From Acidobacteriota bacterium (GTDB lineage Bacteria; Acidobacteriota; JAAYUB01), in assembly GCA_012517875.1 (NCBI GenBank), contig JAAYUB010000092.1, positions 51,121 to 115,120 of the forward strand: a stretch of 64,000 bases of DNA. The letters run 5' to 3'. The notes beneath the pieces are model-generated. The model was not told where the DNA came from. It ran no database searches and was given only the letters and a program-made list of their open reading frames with translations. The position numbers and the translations under genes were made by a program. Of this stretch, positions 9,696 through 19,447 are shown piece by piece. Within the stretch, counting starts at the first letter, position 1; each line of letters begins with the position of its first letter.

Positions 9696-11531
9696 TCAGT
9701 GAGTCCGGCCGGGCCGATAATACTGGTGCAGCGACCGGTCGCAGGCCGGGCAGGTATGCCCGGGCCGGCAGTGGTCTTCAAACTCGCCGCGAAACGCCTT
9801 CAACAGGGTGGTCAGCGGAACGATCGGCGACTGGCCCAGCGCACAGAATGAGGCCTTTTTCATCAGTTGGGCCTTTTCCAGCATCTGGTCCAGTTCCGCC
9901 GGCGCCGCCCGCCGCTCCGCCAGTCGGCGCGCGTGGTGGTGGAGTTGCGCGGTGCCCACCCGGCAGGGGATGCACTGGCCGCAGGATTCATGCTCAAAGA
10001 AGGCCATGGTCTGCAGCAGGAAATCCACCGGACAGGTGGTGTCGTCGCACACCAGCACCACGCCCGAGCCCAGGGTGACCCCGTGCTTCATCGGCGTGTC
10101 GATATCCAGAGGCAGGTCCAGCAGCTCGCCGGTCAGGATCCCGCCGGAGCTGCCGCCGACCTGGGCGAACTTGAACGGGCGGCCGTCGCGGATCCCCTGT
10201 CCGTACACGTCGATGATCTCGCGCAGTGTGGCGCCCATGGGCAGTTCCACCAGACCGGTCCGATTCAACCGGCCGGACAGGCAGAACAGCTTCGTGCCGG
10301 GACATGAGACCGGACCCACTTCCTTGAACCAATCGGCGCCCCGGTCGAGGATCAGGGGAACCGACATCAACGTCTCGACGTTGTTGACCGTGGACGGCAG
10401 GTTCCGGAAGCCGGCCTGGCCGGGGAAGGGCGGCTTGAAGCGCGGATAGCCGCGCAGCCCTTCCATCGAGTTGATCAGCGAGGTCTCTTCGCCGCAGACG
10501 TAGGCACCGCCGCCTTCTTTGATGAAGACATCAAAGCTGAACGCCGTGCCAAAGAGATTCGTCCCGAGACAGCCTTTGGCCCGGGCCTCGTCGATCGCGT
10601 GCTGCAACGTGTCGATGGAGCGCCGGTATTCGCCGCGGACATAGATGTATCCGATCGTGGCGCCGGTGGCGAAGCCGCAGATGGCCATGCCCTCCAGCAG
10701 CAGGTGGGGATTGCCCTCCATCAGTACCCGGTCCTTGAAGGTGCCGGGTTCGCCCTCGTCGGCATTGCAGATCACGAACTTCTGCATCGAACCCTTCACC
10801 ACGAACGACCATTTCAGGCCGGCGGGGAAGCCGGCGCCGCCACGGCCGCGCAACCCTGACTCCTTGACCACGGCGATGACGTCCGCCGGCGTCATGGCGA
10901 CGGCTTTGCGCAGGGCCGCGTAGCCGCCGAGTCTGATGTAGCTGTTGATCCGCGCGGGATTGACGCGCCCGATATCGGCCAGCAACCGGCGGGTCTGCCG
11001 CGGATCATCGATGATCGTGGCCGCCGCGGCCGTTTCACGCCCGGACCCCTGGCCGTCGGCCGCCGCCGACTCCCGGTACGACCGGATGATCCGGGCCAGC
11101 CGCCGCCGAGTCAGATTCCCGTGCAGGTCATAATTGACCATCATGGCCGGGGCCACCGAACAGATCCCCAGACACTCGCACCGCTCCAGGTAGAAGAGGC
11201 CGTCCGGCGTGGCTTCGCCATCGCCGATACCCAGCAGCTTGTGCAGCGATTCGAACACATCAATGGCGCCGGCCGTGTGGCACGGCGTCGACTTGCAGAC
11301 CCGGATCACGTAGCGGGCGCGCGGGGCGGTCCGGAACATGGTGTAAAAATCCACAAAACCGGCGATGGCGCTGGCGGGGAGGTTCATTTCCTCGGCCACC
11401 TTGCGCAGCGTGGCGGGATCGAGACAGTTGCATCCGGACCGAGTCTCCAGCTCCCGCAGGATCAGCATCAGATGCTCCTGCCGGCGACCGAATTTCGCCA
11501 CCACCTCGCGGATGTCAGGCGTCATGCTCAT
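9696..11531 (-). CDS. fused NuoE-NuoF-type NADH/FMN-binding (diaphorase) subunit of formate dehydrogenase
   Basis: N-terminal thioredoxin-like 2Fe-2S (CKSTPC...CLGIC), GLRGRGGAGFP, CNADEGEPGTFKDR, GAYVCGEET, CGQCIPCRVG; start overlaps fdh stop (ATGA). Confidence 0.92.
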   Translation of the reverse strand: MSMTPDIREVVAKFGRRQEHLMLILRELETRSGCNCLDPATLRKVAEEMNLPASAIAGFVDFYTMFRTAPRARYVIRVCKSTPCHTAGAIDVFESLHKLLGIGDGEATPDGLFYLERCECLGICSVAPAMMVNYDLHGNLTRRRLARIIRSYRESAAADGQGSGRETAAAATIIDDPRQTRRLLADIGRVNPARINSYIRLGGYAALRKAVAMTPADVIAVVKESGLRGRGGAGFPAGLKWSFVVKGSMQKFVICNADEGEPGTFKDRVLMEGNPHLLLEGMAICGFATGATIGYIYVRGEYRRSIDTLQHAIDEARAKGCLGTNLFGTAFSFDVFIKEGGGAYVCGEETSLINSMEGLRGYPRFKPPFPGQAGFRNLPSTVNNVETLMSVPLILDRGADWFKEVGPVSCPGTKLFCLSGRLNRTGLVELPMGATLREIIDVYGQGIRDGRPFKFAQVGGSSGGILTGELLDLPLDIDTPMKHGVTLGSGVVLVCDDTTCPVDFLLQTMAFFEHESCGQCIPCRVGTAQLHHHARRLAERRAAPAELDQMLEKAQLMKKASFCALGQSPIVPLTTLLKAFRGEFEDHCRPGHTCPACDRSLHQYYRPGRTH

Positions 11532-14245
11532 TGGCCACCCCCCAGCGGATACACCTTTTCCACCTTGCAGGCGCACACCTTGAACTCCGGAATCTTGCAG
11601 CCGGGATCCAGCGCGTCGATGGTCAGTGCGTTGGCGCACGCCTCGGCAAAGTGGAACGGGATGAAGACCACGCCGGGTTTGATCTCCGGTTTGATCCGGA
11701 TCTTCAGCCGGATACTGCCCCGGCGCGTGGAGACAGCAGCGATCTCCCCGTCAGCGAGCTCCAGGTTCTGGGCGTCATGCGGGTTGATCTCCACGTATGG
11801 CTCAGCCACAATTTCGTTCAGGATTTTGGAATTGCGGCTCATCGTGCCGGTGTGGAAATGTTCCAACAGCCGGCCGGTGGTCAGCGCCAGCGGGTACTCG
11901 GGATCCACCTCCTCGGCGGGTGGCGTATACTCGATGGCCGTGAGCAGGCCGAGGCCGCGCGTAAAGCGGTCCTTGTGCAGGTACTGGGTGCCCGGATGGC
12001 CCGGCGTCGGGCAGGGCCACTGGAGCAATTCCTTTTCAATCCGTTCGTACGTCATGCCGGCATACGACGGGGTTAACCGGCGGATTTCCTCAAAGATCTC
12101 CTCGGCGCTCGCATAGTTCCAACCGGCACCCAGTCGGTTGGCCAGCTGCTGAATGATCCACCAGTCCTCGCGGGCGTCACCGGCGGGTTCGACAACCCGG
12201 CGCATGAGCTGCACGCGCCGTTCGGTGTTGGATACGGTGCCCTCCTTTTCGAGGAAGGCATAGCCGGGCAGGACCACGTCGGCATACTGAGCCGTCTCGG
12301 TCAGGGTGATGTCCTGGACGACGAGGCAATCGAGCTTCTCCAGCGCTTCGATGACGTGGTGCTGGTTGGGATCGGACAGGACCGGGTTTTCACCCATCAC
12401 ATAGAGCGCCCGCACCTGACCCGCGATGGCCGCATTCATCGACTCGACGATCGTCAGCCCGGGCTTATCCGGCAGGCCGCTCACGCCCCAGGCCTGTTCC
12501 ACCTTCTGCCGCGCTTCGGGATTGGTCACCGGCTGATAGGCGGTGAAGACGTTGGGCAGGCCGCCCATGTCGCAGGCTCCCTGGACGTTGCTCTGGCCGC
12601 GCAGCGGGTTGACGCCGCCGCCCGGCACGCCAATGTTGCCCAGCAGCATCTGGAGGTTGGAGACGGATTTCACTCCGTTGACGCCGGACTTGAACTGGGT
12701 GATGCCCATGCAGTAGTACACCGCCATTGGCTTGGCCGCCGCCAGCAGGCGGGCGGCGGTGACGATCTGCTCCGGATCCGCCAGTCCGCAGATGCCGGCG
12801 ACGTGCTCGGGGGTGTACTTCTGCAGGACACCCTCGAGCTCGGCGAACCCCTCGCAGCGGGCCTTCACATATTCGGCGTCATGCAGCCCCTCGCGCAGGA
12901 TGACGTGCATCAGGCCATTGAGCAGGGCGATGTTGGTGCCCGGCCGGATCTGCAGAAACACATCGGCATAGCGGGCCAGTTCGATCCGGCGGGGATCGGC
13001 GACAACGAGCTTCTTGTTGCCGCGGATGACCGCCTTCTTGATCATGGCCCCGATGACGGGGTGGTTTTCCGTGGTGTTGGAACCGATGACGAAGAACGCC
13101 TCCGAGATCGGAATCTCCCGGATGGAGTTGGTCATGGCTCCCGAGCCCAGTGTGGCCGCCAGACCGGCGACCGTGGAGCTGTGTCAAAGCCGGGCGCAGT
13201 GATCGACATTGTTGGTGCCGATCACCGCGCGCATGAATTTCTGCAGCAGGTAGTTTTCCTCGTTGGTGCACTTGGCCGAGGTGAAGGCCATGACGGCGTC
13301 AGGCCCGTGTTCGGCCTTGATCCGGCCAAATGCTCCGGCGGCGCGGTCCAGCGCCTCGTCCCACGTGGCGGGGACCAGTTCGCCGTCTTTGCGGACCAGC
13401 GGCTGGGTCAGGCGCTTGGGGCTCTGGACGAAGTCGAACCCGAACCGACCCTTGACGCACAGGTGCCCTTCGTTGGGGCCGTCCAACGCGCCCTCGGCCT
13501 TGACCAGCTGGCCGTCCCTGTTGGTGAAGAAATCAATCTTGCAGCCGACGCCGCAATAGATGCAGATGCTGGATCTCCTGGTCAACTCCCACGCCTGGCC
13601 GCGGCCGAGCACCGTCTGGAACGACAGCGCGCCGGTGGGGCAAAGCTGCACGCATTGACCGCACTGGACGCAGTCGGATTCGCCCAGCACGTCGGTGATG
13701 CCGGTGGTCAGGTGGGCGTGGCTGCCGCGCCCGGCAAAATCCCACACCCGGTTCATCTGGATTTCACCACAGGCCTTGACGCAGCGGCCGCAGAGCACGC
13801 AGCGGTTCTCCTCTCGCCGCAGCCCCTCGCTGGAGGACACGTCGCGGGACCGCACGTTGCGGGGCAACCCCGCCGGCGGCGGCGTGTCCAGCCCGTGCTC
13901 GTGGCACAGCGCCTGGAGTTCACAACCTCCGTTCGCCTCGCAGTAGAGGCAGTTATGATCCCCCTCGGCCAGGAGGAATTCAAGAATCCCCCGGCGCATG
14001 GCGGTGATCTCCGGATCCGCCGTCACGATTTTCATCCCATCGGCCACCGGTTCGGTGCAGGCGGTCTTGAACATCGTCTGGTTGACCCGAACCAGGCAGA
14101 TCCGGCAGGCGCCCGTGCGGCTGATCTGCGGGTGGTAGCAGAGCGTGGGGATGCGCACCCCCTCCGCCCGCGCCACGTCGAGGATGGTCTGCCCGCGCCG
14201 GCACTCCACCTCCCGACCGTTGAGCGTGATCTTGATGGTTGGCAT
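11528..14245 (-). CDS. fdhA: selenocysteine-containing formate dehydrogenase alpha subunit (905 aa, U354)
   Basis: ORFs 13184..14245 and 11528..13135 are in frame and join through TGA at 13186-13184, giving [27 protein letters not shown]; NuoG-like FeS N-terminus, CIYCGVGC, LRGQSNVQG and molybdopterin dinucleotide-binding C-terminus. Confidence 0.96.
13154..13172 (-). promoter_or_regulatory. bacterial SECIS hairpin
   Basis: GGUCGCC-GGUCU-GGCGGCC starts exactly 11 nt after the UGA, the same spacing and GGUCUG apex as the E. coli fdhF SECIS. Confidence 0.88.
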
Positions 14246-14266
14246 GGTCTTATCCTTTCGCGGGTG

Positions 14267-14653
14267 TTACTGCAGGATTTTGCGGACGGTTTCGATCAGC
14301 TTCTTCGGCGGGATCGGCTTTTCCAGAAAGATGTTCACGGGCCACGGCCGATCGGTGATGTGCTGGAAGGTTTCCACGTAATCGGGCGACTGGGCCATCG
14401 CCGTCAGCATGACGATGGGAATGTCTCGCGTGGCCGGATCGTCCCGCAGCTCATAGGCGAGGTCGAACCCGTCGGTCTGGGTGTCCATCATCACATCGAG
14501 CAAGATCAGATCGGGATGCTTTTGCAGGATTCGCTCCTTGGCCGCCTGGCGGTTGCCGGCGGAACTCACTTCGTACCCTTCGGCCTTGAGGACGATCGAG
14601 ACCACAGCAACCAGATCGGGATCGTCGTCGACAATCAGAATTTCTTGCGCCAT
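14267..14653 (-). CDS. stand-alone response regulator receiver protein
   Basis: ILIVDDD, DLILLDVMM, IVMLTA, FLEKP; AAGGAG SD before ATG 14653; no output domain. Confidence 0.92.
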   Translation of the reverse strand: MAQEILIVDDDPDLVAVVSIVLKAEGYEVSSAGNRQAAKERILQKHPDLILLDVMMDTQTDGFDLAYELRDDPATRDIPIVMLTAMAQSPDYVETFQHITDRPWPVNIFLEKPIPPKKLIETVRKILQ

Positions 14654-14714
14654 GACACAACATGCTCCTTGATAAAAAACAGCGCCGGACGCGGGGCCCG
14701 GCACCGCGCGATGA

Positions 14715-16064
14715 TCAGACGGATTTCGGGGTTTCAGCGGGCGTCAGTTTGCTGTCGTTGAGCAATAACGAGAACACCAGACCCACCGCAAGGAACGCGG
14801 CACCGGTGTAGAACGAGTAGGTGGCCGCATTCTCCGCAAACTTGTCCTTGATGAGTGCGAAAATCTGCGGACCGACAATGCCGGCGGCGGACCAGGCGGT
14901 CAGGATAACCCCGTAGACTTTGGGCATCAGCTTGGCGCCGTACACATCCCCGACGAAGGCGGGCATGGTGCCGAAGCCGCCACCGTAGCACAGCAGGACG
15001 TAGCAGACCAGGATGCCGAAGATCCACGGATTGCCTGTGAACACCATGAAGATGAACGCGACGATCTGGGTGGCCAGCAGCAGACGGAATACGTTGGTTC
15101 GGCCCAGCTTGTCGGACAGGCCGCCCCAGAGGAACCGGCCGAACCCGTTGAACAGCGAGCTGATGGCGATCAGGGTCGCACCGACGGCGGCCAGGGAGGC
15201 AACCGCTGCGGCGATGGTTTCGGCCGATGCGCCGGCGGCTTCCAGTGCCTTGACGTTAAGGGCGCTGTCCGCCTTCGCCACGATGTCCTGCATCAGCGGC
15301 GACTGGAGGGAGATCACGGCGATGCCGGCGCAGATATTGCAGAAGAAGACAATCCACATCATGATGAACTTGGCCGACAGCAGGTAGCGGGACAGGGGCG
15401 CGGTGGGTGCCGCGGCGTCAGCGGCGGCCTTGGCCGCGCCGCCCGGCGGATTGTAGCCCGCCGGCACAAAACCGGCCGGCGGATTCTTCAGGAACGCCGC
15501 AAAGATCACGCACAGCACCAGGAACGCCACGCCCAGGTACAGGAAGACCTGGACCAGATTGCCGCCGGTTAACTCCATCAGGAAGGGCGCGAACACCTTG
15601 GACATGATCAGGGCGCCGAAGCCGAAGCCCATGACCACCATGCCGGTCACCAGCCCTTTCTTGTCGGGAAACCACTTGGCCGCGGTAGCCACCGGCGTCA
15701 CGTAGCCGAGGCCGAGCCCGCTCCCGCCGATGACGCCGTAGCCCAGCAGCAGCAGCGGCAGAGAGTGCTGGCTCAGGGCGAATCCACCGATCAGGTACCC
15801 CAGGCCGAACAGGATGCCGCCGGTGACAGCCAGTTTGGTGGGGCCGAACCTGGCCAGGTTGATGCCGCCCCAGGCAGCGGCCAGACCCAGGAAGCAGATG
15901 GCGAGATTGAACGCCCACATCACCTGGGAATTGCTCCAGCTATAGGTGGCGACAAGCGGCTTTTGAAAAAAGCTCCAGGCATAGACGGTGCCAAGAAGGA
16001 CCATCAGCAGGGTGCCCATGATGGCCACCAGCCAGCGGTTGGGTGTGGATGCGGTTGTATTCAA
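14715..16064 (-). CDS. OFA family (oxalate/formate antiporter-like) MFS transporter
   Basis: 12-13 TM helices; GTVYAWSFF, GYVTPVATAAKWFPDKKGLVTG, CYGGGFGTMPAFVGDVYG; TTG start with GAGGGA SD. Confidence 0.9.
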   Translation of the reverse strand: MNTTASTPNRWLVAIMGTLLMVLLGTVYAWSFFQKPLVATYSWSNSQVMWAFNLAICFLGLAAAWGGINLARFGPTKLAVTGGILFGLGYLIGGFALSQHSLPLLLLGYGVIGGSGLGLGYVTPVATAAKWFPDKKGLVTGMVVMGFGFGALIMSKVFAPFLMELTGGNLVQVFLYLGVAFLVLCVIFAAFLKNPPAGFVPAGYNPPGGAAKAAADAAAPTAPLSRYLLSAKFIMMWIVFFCNICAGIAVISLQSPLMQDIVAKADSALNVKALEAAGASAETIAAAVASLAAVGATLIAISSLFNGFGRFLWGGLSDKLGRTNVFRLLLATQIVAFIFMVFTGNPWIFGILVCYVLLCYGGGFGTMPAFVGDVYGAKLMPKVYGVILTAWSAAGIVGPQIFALIKDKFAENAATYSFYTGAAFLAVGLVFSLLLNDSKLTPAETPKSV

Positions 16065-16235
16065 GCTATTTCCCTCACAGCAGAGATTATTCCGGTATTC
16101 CGCCAGATCATTGTTGTTCGAGGCGCGCTATTTTATGAGATTCCCGCCCGAGATACAAGCGGATTCGTGTAATATTATACTGTCTATGTAAAGCACTTTT
16201 GGCAGCAGCCCGCCGGCGATGCTACCATTCATGTC

Positions 16236-17030
16236 ATGCGGAGGTCCGCACAATTGGAAGAGCACGAGATCGTCCGATATCACGCCCAGGGCGCCGAGGT
16301 GCTGCGCGACGCGCTGGTCGCGGAAGCGCGAGTGAGCATCTGGCTCAACGGCAAGGAAGCGGCCAGCCTGATGGCCCTGCCGGCGGAACTCGAGGAATTG
16401 GCGCTCGGGTTTCTATTCAGCGAGTGCTACTTCGACGATCCGGCCGTCGTCCGGGAGGTCACGATCAATCCGGGCCTGCACGCCGTCTCGGTCACCCTGA
16501 CTGAGCCGGCCCGACTGGAGGCATCGGAAGCCGTCCGCACGTTCACCACCGGCTGTGGCCGGAGCGTCTCGCGCCTGTCACCCGTCTGGTCAGCCTGCTT
16601 CCAGGTGCTCCGCTCAGCGGCCACCCATCCGGTTCAGGAGATCCTGGCTGCGATGCGCCGTCTGATCGGGAGTTCGCGCCTGTTCCGCGACACGGGCTGC
16701 GTGCACACCGCCGGACTCTGGCAGGCGGGAGATCTCCGCTGGATCTGCGACGACATCGGCCGGCACAATGCGGTGGACAAGGTCGTTGGTCATGCCCTTC
16801 GGACGCACTGGCCCGTCGGTGACGACGCCATGCTGGTGAGCACCGGTCGCCTGAGCAGCGACATCGTTCTCAAATCCATCCGGGCCGGGATTCCGCTGCT
16901 GGTGTCCCGATCGGCGCCAACCAGCGGCGCGGTCCAAATTGCCGCCGCGCACGGAATCACCCTGGTGGGATTCGCCCGAGCGGAGCGGTGCAACGTATAC
17001 ACCCACCCGGACCGGGTCCGCCTGTCATGA
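16236..17030 (+). CDS. fdhD: formate dehydrogenase sulfurtransferase FdhD
   Basis: TTGCG catalytic Cys, FRDTGCVH, DIGRHNAVDKVVG, SRSAPT, GITLVGFAR. Confidence 0.95.
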   Translation: MRRSAQLEEHEIVRYHAQGAEVLRDALVAEARVSIWLNGKEAASLMALPAELEELALGFLFSECYFDDPAVVREVTINPGLHAVSVTLTEPARLEASEAVRTFTTGCGRSVSRLSPVWSACFQVLRSAATHPVQEILAAMRRLIGSSRLFRDTGCVHTAGLWQAGDLRWICDDIGRHNAVDKVVGHALRTHWPVGDDAMLVSTGRLSSDIVLKSIRAGIPLLVSRSAPTSGAVQIAAAHGITLVGFARAERCNVYTHPDRVRLS

Positions 17031-17638
17031 GCGGCGAGCGGTTGCCCGCCGCGGGACTGGTGCTGGCCGGCGGGGGCAGCCGGCGCATGGGTCGGAGCAA
17101 ACTGTCCCTGGCCTGGGACGGGGGCACATTGCTGACGCGCATCATCACCGTCCTGAACCACACCGTGAAATCGACCTGGATCGTGGGCCCGCCTGACGCC
17201 ACCCCGTGGCCGGTGCTTCCCGGGGTGCGGTTCATCAGCGAGGAACACTCAATCGGTCCATTGGGCGGATTGCAGGCCGGCTTGGCCGCGATGGCCGAGC
17301 CGGTCGGCCTGGTGGTCGCAGCGGACATGCCGTTCGTCGGACCGGAGGCCATCCGGCGCCTCTGGCGGCTGGCCGCCGGCGCGGAGGTCACGGTGCTGCG
17401 AGCCGCCGACGGCGCCCATCCCCTGTTCGGCGTGTATCGGCGCAGCTGCCTGCCCGCCATTCAGCGGGCCATTGAACAGGGGCAGCACCGGATGACCAGC
17501 TTCTGGGATGCGCTCCCGGTCCGCGTGATCGACGTGGGCGACAACCCGTTCTGGGCCCGGGTGCTGTTCAACGTCAACACGCCCGCCGATTACCGCCGCG
17601 CCCTGCGCATCCGCGCGGAGAGTGCAACCGGCGATTGA
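17027..17638 (+). CDS. mobA: molybdenum cofactor guanylyltransferase
   Basis: LAGGGSRRMG..K, GPLGGL, ADMPF, NVNTPAD; ATGA overlap with fdhD. Confidence 0.93.
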   Translation: MSGERLPAAGLVLAGGGSRRMGRSKLSLAWDGGTLLTRIITVLNHTVKSTWIVGPPDATPWPVLPGVRFISEEHSIGPLGGLQAGLAAMAEPVGLVVAADMPFVGPEAIRRLWRLAAGAEVTVLRAADGAHPLFGVYRRSCLPAIQRAIEQGQHRMTSFWDALPVRVIDVGDNPFWARVLFNVNTPADYRRALRIRAESATGD

Positions 17639-17676
17639 CCGTCGGCCGCCAACCGAGCGCGGTGCAGGCGGCTTGT

Positions 17677-19359
17677 CTAAGGAAGAACGGGGATGGCGGA
17701 GGCGGCTTCCGGCGGTTGGTTGGTCACCAGGCACAGCGGGTTGGCGTACATGCCGGGGATCATGTCTCCCAGCGAACGGGCCCGGATCGACAGGAACGGC
17801 CGCTCCGCCAGAACCCGGTGGGGGATGCCCGCCTGCTCAAGCACCGCCAGCTTGTCTTTGCGCATGAGGCAGTAAATGGTTTGCCGGCGCTGGAAGAAAT
17901 TGTGGATCTCGCCGTCATAAAACAACTCGAGGATGGGCCGGCGGGTGTAATAACACAGGGAGGGCAGCGCCGTGTCAAAATACGCCACGTAATCATCGGG
18001 CCGGGCGCGTTCGTTGATCATCGCGGCCAGTTGGGGCACCTGCCGGAATTTTTCCAGAGCCGGAACCACCTCATACACCAGGAACAGACAGGATACGTAC
18101 ACCCCGGCGAGCGGCAGCGCCAGGGCCACCCGCCACCGGCGGTCGCCCGACCAGATCCAGCCGAGCACCATGAGGCCCGCCATGACCGGCAGAGTGATGG
18201 TGAGCAGCAGGTGACGGTCGAGAATCTGCCGGCCCACCACGTACGACAGCAGCACGACGCCCAGGCCGAGCAGGAACACCCCCCGGAGCACCCACGGGAC
18301 CCATGCCGGCGGTTTGGCGGCTCCGGCCAAGCGATGCCCCAGCCACGCCAGCGCGATCGCCGCCGCCGGATAGGAGGGTAGGATGTAGTACTCCTGCTTG
18401 TTCTTGGACAGGCTGAAGAACAGGATCGGCACGGCGAACCAGATCAGCAGCAGCACAAGCCGGGACTTGTCCCGTTCGTCCAGCTCCGGCCAGTGGCGGC
18501 GCCACACCACCACTCCCGCCACGAACAGCAGGCTCCATGGCGCGAAATCAGCCAGGAAAATGGGCAGGTAATAAAATGGTCCCCGCTGCGGCCCGAAATC
18601 CTCGACGGTGAAGCGGCCGAAATTTTCCACCACCAGCAGGCGGTAGATCGTGTCAACGCTCAGTGTGCGGGCCAGGCCGACGTACCAGGGGAGCACGATC
18701 AGAGCAAAGGCGACGACAGCCAAGGCGACGGCGCCCCAGGGGACATGCGGCCATTCCCGGCGCCACACCAGGTAGGCCGCGGCGATGATCAGGGGCAGGG
18801 CCACCGCCACCGGCCCCTTGTCCATGAACCCCAGGCCGAGGCAGACACCCATCCAGATCAGATCGCCGGGACGCCGCGCCTCCAGATAGGCGTGCAGGTA
18901 GAACACCGCGGCCGTTACGCAGAACAGCAACACCATGTCGATGACGCTCCGCCGGCCCATCACGAAAATCCGGGGGGTCAGCGCCGTGATGGCGGCGGCG
19001 GCCCAGGCGACGGACCGACTCATGGTCAGCCGGAATGCCAGCTGCCAAACCACCAGCAGCGTCGCCAGTGCAAACGCGGCGATGACCAGCCGCTGCGACC
19101 ACACGCTCACGCCGCCCAGGCGGTACGCAACGATCACCAGCCAGTAAGCCAGCGGCGGCTTGTTGAGGCGGGGCTGGTAGTTGAAGGTGGGCACGAGGTG
19201 GGTGCCGTGCTCCATCATCTCGCGGGGCGTCTCAACGTAGAACGCCTCATTGGAATCCCAGATGCTCGAGGTGCCTGCGTGGATCAGGTAGAGGGCCGCC
19301 AGCAGGGCCGCCAAGGCCAGCGCGACGGGTTTGCGCCCCAGAATCTCCTCGATGTGCAC
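17677..19359 (-). CDS. ArnT/PMT-like (GT-C fold) membrane glycosyltransferase
   Basis: WDSNEAFY, NKPPLAYW, KGPVAV, PWY, FFSLSKNKQEYYILP; polytopic; GTG 19359 start inferred from GGAGAG SD (uncertain). Confidence 0.88.
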   Translation of the reverse strand: MHIEEILGRKPVALALAALLAALYLIHAGTSSIWDSNEAFYVETPREMMEHGTHLVPTFNYQPRLNKPPLAYWLVIVAYRLGGVSVWSQRLVIAAFALATLLVVWQLAFRLTMSRSVAWAAAAITALTPRIFVMGRRSVIDMVLLFCVTAAVFYLHAYLEARRPGDLIWMGVCLGLGFMDKGPVAVALPLIIAAAYLVWRREWPHVPWGAVALAVVAFALIVLPWYVGLARTLSVDTIYRLLVVENFGRFTVEDFGPQRGPFYYLPIFLADFAPWSLLFVAGVVVWRRHWPELDERDKSRLVLLLIWFAVPILFFSLSKNKQEYYILPSYPAAAIALAWLGHRLAGAAKPPAWVPWVLRGVFLLGLGVVLLSYVVGRQILDRHLLLTITLPVMAGLMVLGWIWSGDRRWRVALALPLAGVYVSCLFLVYEVVPALEKFRQVPQLAAMINERARPDDYVAYFDTALPSLCYYTRRPILELFYDGEIHNFFQRRQTIYCLMRKDKLAVLEQAGIPHRVLAERPFLSIRARSLGDMIPGMYANPLCLVTNQPPEAASAIPVLP

Positions 19360-19447
19360 GATATCTCTCTCCACCTGTGCCTGGCTGGCGACGGTCCCGA
19401 CGGGGCGCCAGGCCGCCACCCGTTGCGGCCGCGTGATGCGCCGCGGA

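Noticed and set aside
13136-13186. FDH alpha as two genes or a nonsense pseudogene
   Set aside because: The stop is an in-frame UGA at the conserved Sec site, with a SECIS, and selA is present
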